Assembly: GCA_965223325.1 (NCBI GenBank)
Contig: CBDCWI010000002.1
Span: forward strand, 640,001 to 704,000
Length of the DNA: 64,000 nucleotides
Direction: 5' to 3'
Source: Candidatus Multivoradales bacterium
GTDB lineage: Bacteria; Acidobacteriota; Thermoanaerobaculia; Multivoradales; Multivoraceae
Positions 10,315-19,449 of the stretch are shown here, one piece after another. The translations under genes were made by a program, and so were the position numbers. Under the pieces are notes generated by a model. That model did no database searches and was not told where the DNA came from. It saw only the letters and a list, made by a program, of their open reading frames with translations. Positions within the stretch are counted from its first letter, which is position 1; each line of letters begins with the position of its first letter.

Positions 10315-10343
10315 AGGGTAGAGCGCCAGCAAGAAATCGTCAA
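10315..10343 (-). promoter_or_regulatory. Putative sigma70 promoter for the 10159 gene
   Basis: TTGACG-N17-TACCCT on the minus strand in the intergenic region. Confidence 0.45.
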
Positions 10344-10389
10344 GTGCGGATCGTCTGGAAGGGGTGCCCATGAAAGCGCCCGCTATCCC

Positions 10390-10890
10390 CTACTCCTCTT
10401 CGTCAGCCAAGACGCGCAGCAGGTCGGAGGCGGTGATGATGCCGACCGGTGCGTTGTCATCGGTCACCAGAACCCGGCGAATGTGGGCGCTCTGCATCAT
10501 GCGGGCGACTTCGGACAGTGACGCGGTCACCGGGACGGAGTAGATGGCGCGGTTCATGATGTCGTTGACGTCTCGCGACACGTCCTCGAGGTGAAAGCCG
10601 CCCTGAGCGGGACCATCGAGGGACTCGTTCCACTCGCGTACCCAGTAGTCCGGCAGGGCGTAGTTCCAGCCCGGGGCGGCGCGCTCGACGGCGACCCCGG
10701 CGAGATCGTAGAGCGACACAACGCCGACGAGATCGCCAGCCTCATCCTCAACGAGGGCGCCGCTGATCTCGTGCTCGATCAGAAACTCGGCAAGGGCAGA
10801 GACCGGCATGTCCGAGGGCACGATACGCAGGTCTGTGGTCATCAAGTCGGCGATCTTCGTTCTGCTTCGGGCGGCGGTCGAGGTCTTCAT
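10390..10890 (-). CDS. CBS domain pair protein
   Basis: IADLMT...ISGALV...VGVVSLYDL and VNDIMN...IRRVLV...VGIITASDLL. Confidence 0.9.
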   Translation of the reverse strand: MKTSTAARSRTKIADLMTTDLRIVPSDMPVSALAEFLIEHEISGALVEDEAGDLVGVVSLYDLAGVAVERAAPGWNYALPDYWVREWNESLDGPAQGGFHLEDVSRDVNDIMNRAIYSVPVTASLSEVARMMQSAHIRRVLVTDDNAPVGIITASDLLRVLADEEE

Positions 10891-11031
10891 GCGTGGCCCC
10901 TCTGGTAGCGGTCGGTTTCGAGCTTCACGCAGCGAGTGTGTTGCGGTTCGCCGGCGGCGGGCACCCGGGTTTATGGCCAGTCGACCACGTGGAATCCGCA
11001 GCCGGGACACCGCCCTACCGCCGATGACCGA

Positions 11032-11844
11032 TCAAGAGCGCCTGTTCCAACGATTCATCCCCGCGCGCGCAACGAAGCCTGCGGTGATGAAGCCCGCAAG
11101 CATGAGCCAGTTCCAATTGTGACCGTAGGAGATGATCGGAAAGTGGTTGCTCACCATGATGAAAATGAGGGGCAAAGCCATGAAGGTGTTGTGGGTCGAG
11201 CGCTCTTTGGCGCGAAGGCCCAGGCTCAGGTCGGGTTCTTCACCCGCTTTTAGGCTTTCGACCATCGCCCGCTGCCCAGGAAGAATGCGCATCCAGACGT
11301 TGGCCGTCATGATCGTTCCCATGACCGCACCGACGTGGATGTAGGCGGCGCGGCCCGAGAAAACCCGACTCATCGCGTAGCCAAGGGCAAAGAGGGCAAG
11401 CGTCGAGACCACGCTTCCGAGCGCTTCTCGCTCTACGAAGACCGTGTTCCATAGGAAGTCGTAGACCAACCAGCTGAACGCCAGTACCGCCAGTGAGATC
11501 ATGATCGCAACGCCGAGGCTCGCTTCGGAGCTGAAGTCGAGAAGAGCGCCGCCGTAGTAGTAGACCAGCGCCAGCATCAGGATTCCACTCAGCCAGCTCG
11601 CCGCCGCCTCCCACTTGAACCAGTGCAGAACCCTGGGTAACGGGTCCGGAACTCCCAGCTTCTCGACCCGATAGAAGCCGCCGCTGTGCACCATCCACAC
11701 GCGCTCGATGCCCTGGTCGTCCTGCTCGATCCTCATCCGGGTATCGAGCCAGGCAAAGAAGGCAGTCTGCCCGATCCACAGCACGCCGGCCACGACATGA
11801 AACCAGCGGGTCGCAAGATGAATCCAGTTGTAGAGCGTATCCAT
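11032..11844 (-). CDS. Urate hydroxylase PuuD-like membrane protein (Urate_ox_N domain only)
   Basis: RWFHVVAGVLWIG, WMVHSGGFY, LHWFKWEA, GTIMTANV, RSTHN, SNHFP motifs; AGGAGG RBS; no CxxCH domain. Confidence 0.85.
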   Translation of the reverse strand: MDTLYNWIHLATRWFHVVAGVLWIGQTAFFAWLDTRMRIEQDDQGIERVWMVHSGGFYRVEKLGVPDPLPRVLHWFKWEAAASWLSGILMLALVYYYGGALLDFSSEASLGVAIMISLAVLAFSWLVYDFLWNTVFVEREALGSVVSTLALFALGYAMSRVFSGRAAYIHVGAVMGTIMTANVWMRILPGQRAMVESLKAGEEPDLSLGLRAKERSTHNTFMALPLIFIMVSNHFPIISYGHNWNWLMLAGFITAGFVARAGMNRWNRRS

Positions 11845-11855
11845 GCGCCTCCTGA

Positions 11856-11883
11856 CGAGGTAGCGAGGTAACGAGGTAACGAG
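11856..11883. repeat. 8-bp tandem repeat (CGAGGTAR x3.5) in a divergent promoter region
   Basis: cgaggtag cgaggtaa cgaggtaa cgag. Confidence 0.7.
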
Positions 11884-11972
11884 CCTACCCGCTTCGATCG
11901 ACCGCTCGCCGAGCGCGACGAAACACGCTCAGCCCCGCCGCGCTAGGATCGCCGCTCCCAACTGGAGTCACC

Positions 11973-13319
11973 ATGGCCAATCACCACACCAGAGTCTACG
12001 AAGGCATCCTCGAGATGCTCTCCAGCGCGGAGAACCCCACCCCCATGGTCCGCTTGAACCGGACCGTTCCCTACCAGCAAACCACGGTGTACGCCAAGCT
12101 GGAGTGGTACAACCCGTTCGGGTCGGTCAAAGACCGCGTCGCCCACAACCTGCTTCGGGATGCCCGCGAGAAGGGGCTCCTGGCCGACGGGCAGCAGCTG
12201 GTCGAGCCAACGAGCGGCAACACCGGCATGGGACTCGCCATGATGGCCAACGCCGCCGGCTACCACCTGACGACCCCGCTGTCGAACAAGGTCCCGGCAG
12301 AAAAGCGGGTCATGTTGAAGGTATTCGGTTCCAACGTCGTGGAGCTGGACGACGATCTGTGACCCGCCCCCGGGTCCCCGGAGGGGGCCATCGCACGCGC
12401 CAGGGAGCTTGCCGAACAGCCCGCGTTCCACATGCCCAACCAGTACGAAAACGAGGCGAACATCGAGGCTCACGTTCGCACGACCGGGCCTGAGATCTGG
12501 CGGCAGACCGACGGCCAGGTCACCCATTTCGTCGCCGGAACAGGCACCTGCGGCACGATCACCGGCAACGGACGCTTCCTCAAGGGTCAGAACCCTGAGA
12601 TCCAGGTCATCGGTGTGCATCCGCAAGAGGGGCACGACATTCCGGGCGTCCGTTCTTTGCGTCAGCTCGAGCTCACCAAACTCTTCGTTCCCGAGGAGTA
12701 CGACCAGATCGTCGAGGTCAGCGACGCCGAGTCGTTCGAAATGTGCGTGCGTCTCAATCGTGAAGAAAGCCTGATCGCCGGTCCCAGCTCGGCGATGGCA
12801 CTCGTCGGGGCCCTCAAGGTCGTCGAGGACCAGCCAGACGCTGTCGTCGTGGTGATCTTCCCAGACAACTCGTTCAAATACGCCTCCACCTTCGAGCGAC
12901 ACTTTCCAGAACTTCGCGCTTCTCGTCCGGGCGGCGATCCCGCGGTCTCGAGCGACAAGGAGCTGCTCTTCGACAGGCTGGTTGAAAACTCCCGCAATGC
13001 CCACAACACCTTGGAAGTAGAGGACCTCGTCGCGGCGCTCGCAAGCGACCGACCACCCCTGCTGGTCGATGTGCGCTCACCTGAGGTCCACGCGCGCCAA
13101 CACATCACGGGGACCCTCAACCTTCCGGTCGCCGAGCTCGGCAATCGTCAGGGCGTGCTGCCAGAACGGCGCGACCACCCGATCGTCACCGTGTGTACCG
13201 TCGGCAACCTGTCGGTCTCGGGCATGCTCGTTCTGCAATCGCTCGGCTATCGGAACGTGCGCAGTCTGAACGGTGGCACCGTGGCGTGGGCAAAAGAGGG
13301 GCTGGCGACGAATCCATAG
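11973..13319 (+). CDS. PLP-dependent cysteine synthase family protein fused to a rhodanese domain; probable selenoprotein (in-frame TGA, codon 130; 448 aa)
   Basis: ORFs 11973..12362 and 12432..13319 share one frame and are separated only by TGA 12360-12362 (..DDDL-U-PAPGSPEGAIARA..). Motifs NPFGSVKDR and EPTSGNTG lie before the TGA; NQYEN, TTGPEIW, GTGTCGT and rhodanese DVRS/VCTVGNLS/LNGGTVAW lie after it. Confidence 0.85.
12373..12389 (+). promoter_or_regulatory. Candidate bacterial SECIS hairpin
   Basis: Stem GGUCCCC (12373-79), loop GGA, GGGGGCC (12383-89). The stem starts at the 11th nt after the UGA, and the G-initiated loop is 17 nt downstream of it. Confidence 0.65.
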
Positions 13320-13360
13320 GATCGAGGGCGACACCGAGGCTTCCACTCACCACCTCTGGC

Positions 13361-13389
13361 TTGACTCTCTAAAACAATTTTGCTATTGT
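13361..13389 (+). promoter_or_regulatory. Putative sigma70 promoter with extended -10
   Basis: TTGACT-N17-TATTGT with TG at the extended -10 position, in an AT-rich patch 44 nt upstream of ATG 13433. Confidence 0.6.
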
Positions 13390-13432
13390 TTTACTGGGTT
13401 GTGGGGTTATCCCATTCCAACAGGAGATTGCC

Positions 13433-14275
13433 ATGGCGAAACCGAGCTCCGACCTCGCAAGAATCGAGAAACTTCGCGCCGGACTGCTTCAGTTCCTGAT
13501 CGTCGTTGTCATGTGCCTCCTGGGCGGCATCATTGCGATCGCCTTCCGGGACGCGATTGGCACACAGATCCCCGGACTCGCCATCCTGGCTCTTGCAACG
13601 TGTCTCTATGTTCTGGGCCGCGAGCGCTACCTCAAGAGGGCCCAACAGGAACTTGTCGAGGGTGCCATGGCTGTCCAGGCACGGGCCTCGGCGCTCGAGA
13701 ACATCACGCGCCGAGAGCGCTCCGACAAGGCCGACCTCGGCGTTCGGCTGAGCGAATTGACCGCGCTCTACCGCGCGATCAGCACCGTGCGGGCGGTGAT
13801 GGACCACGAGCAGACCTTCGACACCACCCTGCGCTCCGTCCTCGACCTCGTCGAGGGCGATGTTGGCTCCGTCATGTTGGTCGACGACCAGCAGCAGACC
13901 CTGCGCATCGTCGCAGCGCACGGCCTGACCAACGTCCCAGTCGGCCACACCGAAAGTCTGGAGCAGGGAGTCGCCGGCTACGTCGTTCGAACCGAAGAGC
14001 CCCTCCTGCTCCAGGGAGACGCCAAAGACGACGAGCGCTTCGAGGTCTCGCATGAACGCAGTGAAGCGCTGGCGCTCTCGATGTGCGTACCGCTCGCGCT
14101 CCGCGGGCGGGTGCTTGGGGTTCTCAGCATCGGATTGTCGGTGAACAACGAGAAGCAGCACTTCAGCGACGACGATCTGCGCTTTGCCACCCTGTTCGCG
14201 CAGCACGCGGCGATCTCGGTCGAGAACGCCAGCCTGCTCGAGCGGCAGTCCATCTACGAGGTCCAGGCTATCTAG
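13433..14275 (+). CDS. Membrane-anchored GAF domain protein
   Basis: Two TM helices, coiled coil, then GAF motifs (GVAGYV, MCVPL..RGRVLGVL, FSDDDL, AAISVENA); AGGAG RBS. Confidence 0.85.
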   Translation: MAKPSSDLARIEKLRAGLLQFLIVVVMCLLGGIIAIAFRDAIGTQIPGLAILALATCLYVLGRERYLKRAQQELVEGAMAVQARASALENITRRERSDKADLGVRLSELTALYRAISTVRAVMDHEQTFDTTLRSVLDLVEGDVGSVMLVDDQQQTLRIVAAHGLTNVPVGHTESLEQGVAGYVVRTEEPLLLQGDAKDDERFEVSHERSEALALSMCVPLALRGRVLGVLSIGLSVNNEKQHFSDDDLRFATLFAQHAAISVENASLLERQSIYEVQAI

Positions 14276-14321
14276 CAGGCGGATAGTCTGTGCACCCCGG
14301 CTCCAGCCAGGACCTCACACG

Positions 14322-15257
14322 ATGACCGCACCTCCTCCAACCTCGTTACCCGAGCTGCATCTCCACCTCGACGGCTCGTTGCGCCGCACAACGCTCGAGG
14401 AGCTGGCGGAACCGCTGGGGGTCGAGGTGCCGGCGGTTCTCGAGTTCCGTGCGGGCATGGGACTGGAGGCGGCTCTCGAACTCTTCTCGGTGACGCTCGC
14501 GGTGTTGCAAACGCCCGATCGGGTCCAGCGCGTCGCGTCTGAAATCTGCGAAGACGCCCAGGCCTGTGGCGTTTCGACGCTCGAGGTGCGCTTCGCACCG
14601 CAGCTCCATCGTGGCGCAGCGGTCGAAGAGATCGTCGACGCGGCACTCTCTGGTCTCGAGCGCTTCGGCGAGCTGACCGGCGAAGAAGCGGGCTTGATTC
14701 TCTGCGGGCTCTACGGCGAGGATCCCAGCGTCTATGACAGGTTCCTCGAGGTGGCGGTGGGGCGTCCGGGCGTAGTGGCGATCGACCTGGCCGGTGGGCC
14801 GCAAATGGGACACAGCTTCTCGATGGAACACTACGCTCCCGCCTTCACTCGGGCGCGCGACCTCGGTCTCGGCCGCACAGTGCATGCCGGCGAGGGGCGG
14901 CCACCTGCCGAGATCGGTCAGGCGATCGAAACCCTGCACGCCCAACGCATCGGTCACGGCACCAGCGTCCTCCAAGACCCTCGGGTCACCGATCTGGTCC
15001 TCGAGCGCGGTGTGCGACTCGAGGCCTGCCCGACCTCCAACGTCCACACCAGCGCCATTGCCAACGTCGAAGAGCACCCGCTGCCCCGTTGGCTCGACCT
15101 CGGCATTCAGGCGTCGATCAACTCCGACAACACCTTGTTCTCGCAGGTCAACGCCGCCAGTGAACACCAGGTGGCACTAGGGATTCCCGGCATGAGCCAG
15201 GCCAAGCTCGAAACCGCCATTGCCGCCGGACACGCCAGCCGCTTCGAGCGCCGCTAG
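14322..15257 (+). CDS. add: Adenosine deaminase family protein
   Basis: ELHLHLDGS, EVRFAP, DLAG, TVHAGE, RIGHG, CPTSN, NSDN motifs. Confidence 0.88.
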   Translation: MTAPPPTSLPELHLHLDGSLRRTTLEELAEPLGVEVPAVLEFRAGMGLEAALELFSVTLAVLQTPDRVQRVASEICEDAQACGVSTLEVRFAPQLHRGAAVEEIVDAALSGLERFGELTGEEAGLILCGLYGEDPSVYDRFLEVAVGRPGVVAIDLAGGPQMGHSFSMEHYAPAFTRARDLGLGRTVHAGEGRPPAEIGQAIETLHAQRIGHGTSVLQDPRVTDLVLERGVRLEACPTSNVHTSAIANVEEHPLPRWLDLGIQASINSDNTLFSQVNAASEHQVALGIPGMSQAKLETAIAAGHASRFERR

Positions 15258-15303
15258 CGGCAGATTTTTTGACGAATCAAAATCTCTGCTATCGTCTCCG
15301 GCC

Positions 15304-15939
15304 ATGGACCTTCTCCCGACCATGACCGACGGGCTGGCGCGCACTCTTTTCGCCGCAGTGTGGATCCCCTTCGTCGCCGTGCGGGTTCACTTCCACCGCC
15401 TCGCCGGCGCCCACAAACAGCGCGGCCCCAGCGCCTGGGAAGGGCGTGGAATGCACTTCGTGCGCGTCTTCATCGCACTCCCCTGGACCGTCACCCTGCT
15501 GGCCTGGCTCCTCCACCCGCCGGTCCTCCGCTTCGCCTCCTTTCCGGTGTCCACGGGCTGGCGATGGTTGGGGCTCCTTCTTCTCGCCGCCGGGGCGCTC
15601 TGGGTTGCATGGGTCAACAGCACCCTCGGCCGGAACTTCTCCGGCTCGCTGATCCTGCAAGACGACCACCAGCTGGTAACCGGCGGTCCCTACCGCTTCA
15701 TGCGCCACCCGATGTACCCGGGTTTTCTGGTGATGAGCGTCGGGATGCTGCTGCTCACCGCGAATCTCTGGCTGGGGCTTCCGGTCCTACTCGCCGTGGC
15801 GTGGGTGATGTGGAAGCGCACGCCGCGCGAAGAGGCGATGCTGCTCGATCGTTTCGGAGACGAGTACGTGGACTACTGCGCTCGTACTGGAAGGTTCCTG
15901 CCCCGGCTCGGTGGTCGCCAGGCCAACGAGCCAAACTGA
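15304..15939 (+). CDS. Isoprenylcysteine carboxylmethyltransferase (ICMT/PEMT) family protein
   Basis: LGRNFS, HQLVTGGPYRFMRHPMY, EEAMLLDRFGDEY..Y...TGRFLP. Confidence 0.88.
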   Translation: MDLLPTMTDGLARTLFAAVWIPFVAVRVHFHRLAGAHKQRGPSAWEGRGMHFVRVFIALPWTVTLLAWLLHPPVLRFASFPVSTGWRWLGLLLLAAGALWVAWVNSTLGRNFSGSLILQDDHQLVTGGPYRFMRHPMYPGFLVMSVGMLLLTANLWLGLPVLLAVAWVMWKRTPREEAMLLDRFGDEYVDYCARTGRFLPRLGGRQANEPN

Positions 15940-15964
15940 GGCCGGCGCCAAGCAGCAGCGGGAC

Positions 15965-17008
15965 TCACGCATGGCGGTGCACCAGGTCGACACACTGCTC
16001 GAGGGCAGCGGTGCGTTCGTTCCAGGTTTCACCGGCCGGGTGTAGCCGTAGGGTGTCAACACCCGCGTCGCGGTACTCCGCGAGGCGCTCGAGAATCATC
16101 TCTTCGGTGCCCAAGAGGTTGGTTTCGAGCACCATCTCATCGGGCACCCGCGCGACCGCCTCCTCTTTCTTGCCGGCAACCCACAGGCGCTGGACTTCTT
16201 CGGCCGGCTCGACGTAGCCGGCGCGCCGGAACGCATCGTTGTAGAAGTTGGTCCTGGCCGAACCCATGCCACCAAGGGTAAACGCTAAGGCTGGGCGGCG
16301 CGCATCGATCATGCGCTCGACATCATCGCCAACTTCGATACTCACCCCGATCTGCACGTCGATCTCTGCGAGCGAACGTCCACGGCTCTGGGCACCGCGT
16401 CGCATCGGGTCGAGAAAGATCTCCGCGTGGCGCGGCACGAACGACGTCCCCAGCCAACCATCGGCCACCTCGCCGGTGAACTCGAGTGACTTCGGCCCCA
16501 GGGTCGCCAGGTAGAGCGGCAACTCGGGACGTGCGGGCTGCGACAGACGAATCGGCTTGCCTTCACCACCCGGTCGCGGGAACTCGTAGTGCTGGCCGCT
16601 GAACTGGATGCGCTCACCCCGGAGCCCCATCTGAATGACTTCGACACACTCGCGCAGGCGACCGAGAGGGCGCGCGAACGATGCACCGTGCAGGCCTTCG
16701 ACGACCTGTGGCCCGCTGACTCCGAGACCGAGACGAAAGCGACCGCTCGAAACCGTCGACAGGCTCTGCGCGGTCATCGCGATCATCGACGGAACACGCG
16801 AACTGATCTGCATGATCCCGGTCCCCAGGCCAATGCGCTCGGTGCGCGCCGCTAAGAAGGCGAGCGGAACGACCGCATCCATTCCCCAGGCCTCGGCCGA
16901 CCACACCGAATCAACGCCCATGCGTTCGGCTTCGATCACATAGGACACTGCCTCCGGCCAGTCCTCGCCGTTGTAGTAGGCGCTGCCAATTGAAACCGAT
17001 GTCTTCAT
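15965..17008 (-). CDS. LLM class (F420/flavin-dependent) oxidoreductase
   Basis: WSAEAWGMDA, LGLGVSGPQVVEGLHG, GEVADGW motifs. Confidence 0.88.
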   Translation of the reverse strand: MKTSVSIGSAYYNGEDWPEAVSYVIEAERMGVDSVWSAEAWGMDAVVPLAFLAARTERIGLGTGIMQISSRVPSMIAMTAQSLSTVSSGRFRLGLGVSGPQVVEGLHGASFARPLGRLRECVEVIQMGLRGERIQFSGQHYEFPRPGGEGKPIRLSQPARPELPLYLATLGPKSLEFTGEVADGWLGTSFVPRHAEIFLDPMRRGAQSRGRSLAEIDVQIGVSIEVGDDVERMIDARRPALAFTLGGMGSARTNFYNDAFRRAGYVEPAEEVQRLWVAGKKEEAVARVPDEMVLETNLLGTEEMILERLAEYRDAGVDTLRLHPAGETWNERTAALEQCVDLVHRHA

Positions 17009-17134
17009 CCTCTCTCCTCGCGCAAGTTCTGGAAGCACTCCTTCTCGCCGTTCAGCGAGGCGTCACTTTACAGCGCACGGCGCTCCGACCCCGTGCTAGC
17101 TTTGCCCCACGAGTCCCCAAGCAAGGAGCCAACG

Positions 17135-18253
17135 ATGACCACCCGCCGCCTCTTTCGGACCGCCTTCCTCGCCCTCGCCGGCACCGCACTCTTCGCCGCC
17201 CCGCCGCTGGCCGCCAACGACGTTGAACTGGGTACGGGCACACAAACCGGCGCAGTACCCTTGCGCTCGATTGGTCCGATGACCTTTGGCGACGACGGAG
17301 TGCTCTTCGTCGGCGATTCAACCGGTGCCGCAGTCTTCGCAATCGACACCGGTGACCAACGAGAAGGCCCAGCCAAACCACTCGCGGTCGAGAACCTCGA
17401 GCGCAAGCTCGCCAGCTTCCTGGGCACGACCCCCGATGGAATCGAAATCCACGACCTGGCAGTCAACCCGCTCTCGAAGACGGTGTACCTGTCGATCACC
17501 CGTGGGCAAGGTGACGTGGCGCAGCACGTCATCGCGTCGGTCAATACCGAGGGTGATCTCGGCCTCCTCGACCTGACCGACGTCCGCTATGCACGCGCCG
17601 ACCTCTCAGATGCCCCGGCAGAAGACGCTAGAGATCGCCGCGGCCGGCCCATGCGTCGTGAAGCGCTGACCGATCTCGAGTACCAGGACGGTGCCCTCCT
17701 GGTCACCGGCCTGTCGAACGAAGAGTTCTCCTCCAAACTCCGCAAGTTCACCTTCCCGTGGACCGGCGTCGCGGGAGGCACCAGCGTCGAGATCTTCCAC
17801 GGCGCACACGGCAAGTGGGAGACCCACGCACCGGTGCGCACCATGACCTTCTACGACGTTGCCGGCGACCCCAATGTCCTGGCGGCCTACACCTGCACTC
17901 CGTTGGTGCGCTTTCCGCTTTCCGACCTCGCCAAGAGCAGCAAGGTCACCGGCTCGACGATCGCCGAGCTCGGCAACCGCAACCGGCCGCTCGACATGTT
18001 CGTCTACCAGGACGACGGCCGCGACTTTCTGTTGATGGCCAACTCGAGCCGTGGAGTGATGAAGGTCGATCTCGCCCGCATCGGTGAGGTTCCCGAGATC
18101 ACCGAGCCGGTGGCAGACAAGGCCGGCCTCCCCTACGAGACCATCGAGGAGCTCGAAGGCGTCGTCCAGCTAGCGCGCTACGGCAAGGAGAACGCCGTCG
18201 TCCTGTCAGCGAGTGACGACGGCTCCGCCCTCCGTAGCATCGCGCTGCCCTGA
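17135..18253 (+). CDS. Conserved hypothetical secreted protein (possible beta-propeller)
   Basis: AAGGAG RBS; signal peptide; GLSNEEF, HGAHGKWETHAP, AYTCTPLV, ELGNRNRPLDM; strong GC3 coding bias. Confidence 0.8.
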   Translation: MTTRRLFRTAFLALAGTALFAAPPLAANDVELGTGTQTGAVPLRSIGPMTFGDDGVLFVGDSTGAAVFAIDTGDQREGPAKPLAVENLERKLASFLGTTPDGIEIHDLAVNPLSKTVYLSITRGQGDVAQHVIASVNTEGDLGLLDLTDVRYARADLSDAPAEDARDRRGRPMRREALTDLEYQDGALLVTGLSNEEFSSKLRKFTFPWTGVAGGTSVEIFHGAHGKWETHAPVRTMTFYDVAGDPNVLAAYTCTPLVRFPLSDLAKSSKVTGSTIAELGNRNRPLDMFVYQDDGRDFLLMANSSRGVMKVDLARIGEVPEITEPVADKAGLPYETIEELEGVVQLARYGKENAVVLSASDDGSALRSIALP

Positions 18254-18254
18254 C

Positions 18255-19391
18255 GTGATCCGCGACTGGATCGCGGCTGGCAGAGCCGCGGCCTTCCTTG
18301 TCGCTGCGGTCGTATCGCTGGCCGCGGTTGCCGCGACCGGTGAGTCACCCTCGATCGTGCTGGTCGAAGGTCGGCTCGAGGTAGAGGGCCTGGTTTCCAG
18401 CGCGCCTGATGCCCTACCGCCCTTCGACGTCTTCGTCGAGTCAGAAAACCAACCAGCGATCGCGGGCACCGTCACAAGAAGCGACTCCGGAAGCGTGGTC
18501 TTCGAACCGCGGTTTCCCTTCGTGCCCGGCGTTTCCTACCTTGCCGTCCTCGCCGCACCGGGGCGCGACACCGTCCGGCACCCGTTCTCCGTCCCAGACA
18601 CGAGAACACCTGGCCCACCTACGCGGGTCGAGGCGATCTATCCCTCGGGGCCCGAGGTGCCACCGAATCTCTTGCGCTTCTATTTGCACTTCAGTGCTCC
18701 GATGACCCGCGGGCGCGCCTACGACTTCATCCAGCTGCGCGACCATCGCGGCGAGCCGGTCGAAGACGCGTTCCTGGTTCTCGATGAAGAGCTCTGGGAC
18801 CCTTCTGGTCGCCGCTTCACGCTGCTCTTCGACCCCGGGCGCATCAAGTCGGGCCTCGTGCCCAGAATCGAGCTCGGCGCGGCCCTCAACCAGGGTCACC
18901 ACTTCGAGCTCATCATCGACGGGGCCTGGCCGGATGCCACCGGCAGGCCGCTCGTGGGCGCGTTCCGACACCGCTTCCGCGCCGGTGGGCTCGACGACGC
19001 GGGCACCGACCCACAACGCTGGCGTCTCACTCCGCCCAGTGCCGGCACCCGTGATGCGCTCCTGGTGCAGTTCGACGAGCCCCTCGACCGGGCGCTCGCC
19101 CTGCGGCTGATCGACGTGGTCCGGAGCGGCCAGTACATCGACGGCTCGAAGAGCGTCGGCGAACAGGAAACGCAGTGGCAGTTCACACCGACCGAGCCCT
19201 GGTCGGCCAACCGCCATGAGCTGATCGTCGATGTTCGGCTCGAAGACCGCGCCGGCAACCGCATCGACCGCCCGTTCGAGCGACTCGTCACCAGCGAGTC
19301 GCCTGACCCAGCCGGGCCAGGTAGCGAGCGGACGGATCAGGTCGACGGAAGCGCTGGCCCCATCGCAGTACCTTTTACTCCCGGAGGGTGA
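18255..19391 (+). CDS. Conserved hypothetical exported protein with Ig-like (Big_5-like) segments
   Basis: Starts 2 nt after the previous stop; FEPRFPF, IYPS..VPPNLLRFYLHFSAPM, DPGRIK, LEDRAGN. Confidence 0.7.
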   Translation: MIRDWIAAGRAAAFLVAAVVSLAAVAATGESPSIVLVEGRLEVEGLVSSAPDALPPFDVFVESENQPAIAGTVTRSDSGSVVFEPRFPFVPGVSYLAVLAAPGRDTVRHPFSVPDTRTPGPPTRVEAIYPSGPEVPPNLLRFYLHFSAPMTRGRAYDFIQLRDHRGEPVEDAFLVLDEELWDPSGRRFTLLFDPGRIKSGLVPRIELGAALNQGHHFELIIDGAWPDATGRPLVGAFRHRFRAGGLDDAGTDPQRWRLTPPSAGTRDALLVQFDEPLDRALALRLIDVVRSGQYIDGSKSVGEQETQWQFTPTEPWSANRHELIVDVRLEDRAGNRIDRPFERLVTSESPDPAGPGSERTDQVDGSAGPIAVPFTPGG

Positions 19392-19449
19392 GGGCGCAGG
19401 TGGCCGCTGACAGAGAGGCTCACCGCGAAGAAAGCACCGGCTCGCCCGC

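Noticed and set aside
10891-11034. PuuD TGA is in frame with the downstream CBS ORF (possible second read-through)
   Set aside because: The intervening translation is Arg-rich and non-protein-like, the CBS gene has its own RBS and ATG, and there is no redox-motif context.
11973-13319. Pseudogene or two-gene interpretation of the cysteine synthase locus
   Set aside because: There is a single TGA with all motifs intact, a SECIS-like hairpin follows it, and the split falls inside one domain. This reading is disfavoured but not excluded without reads and homologs.
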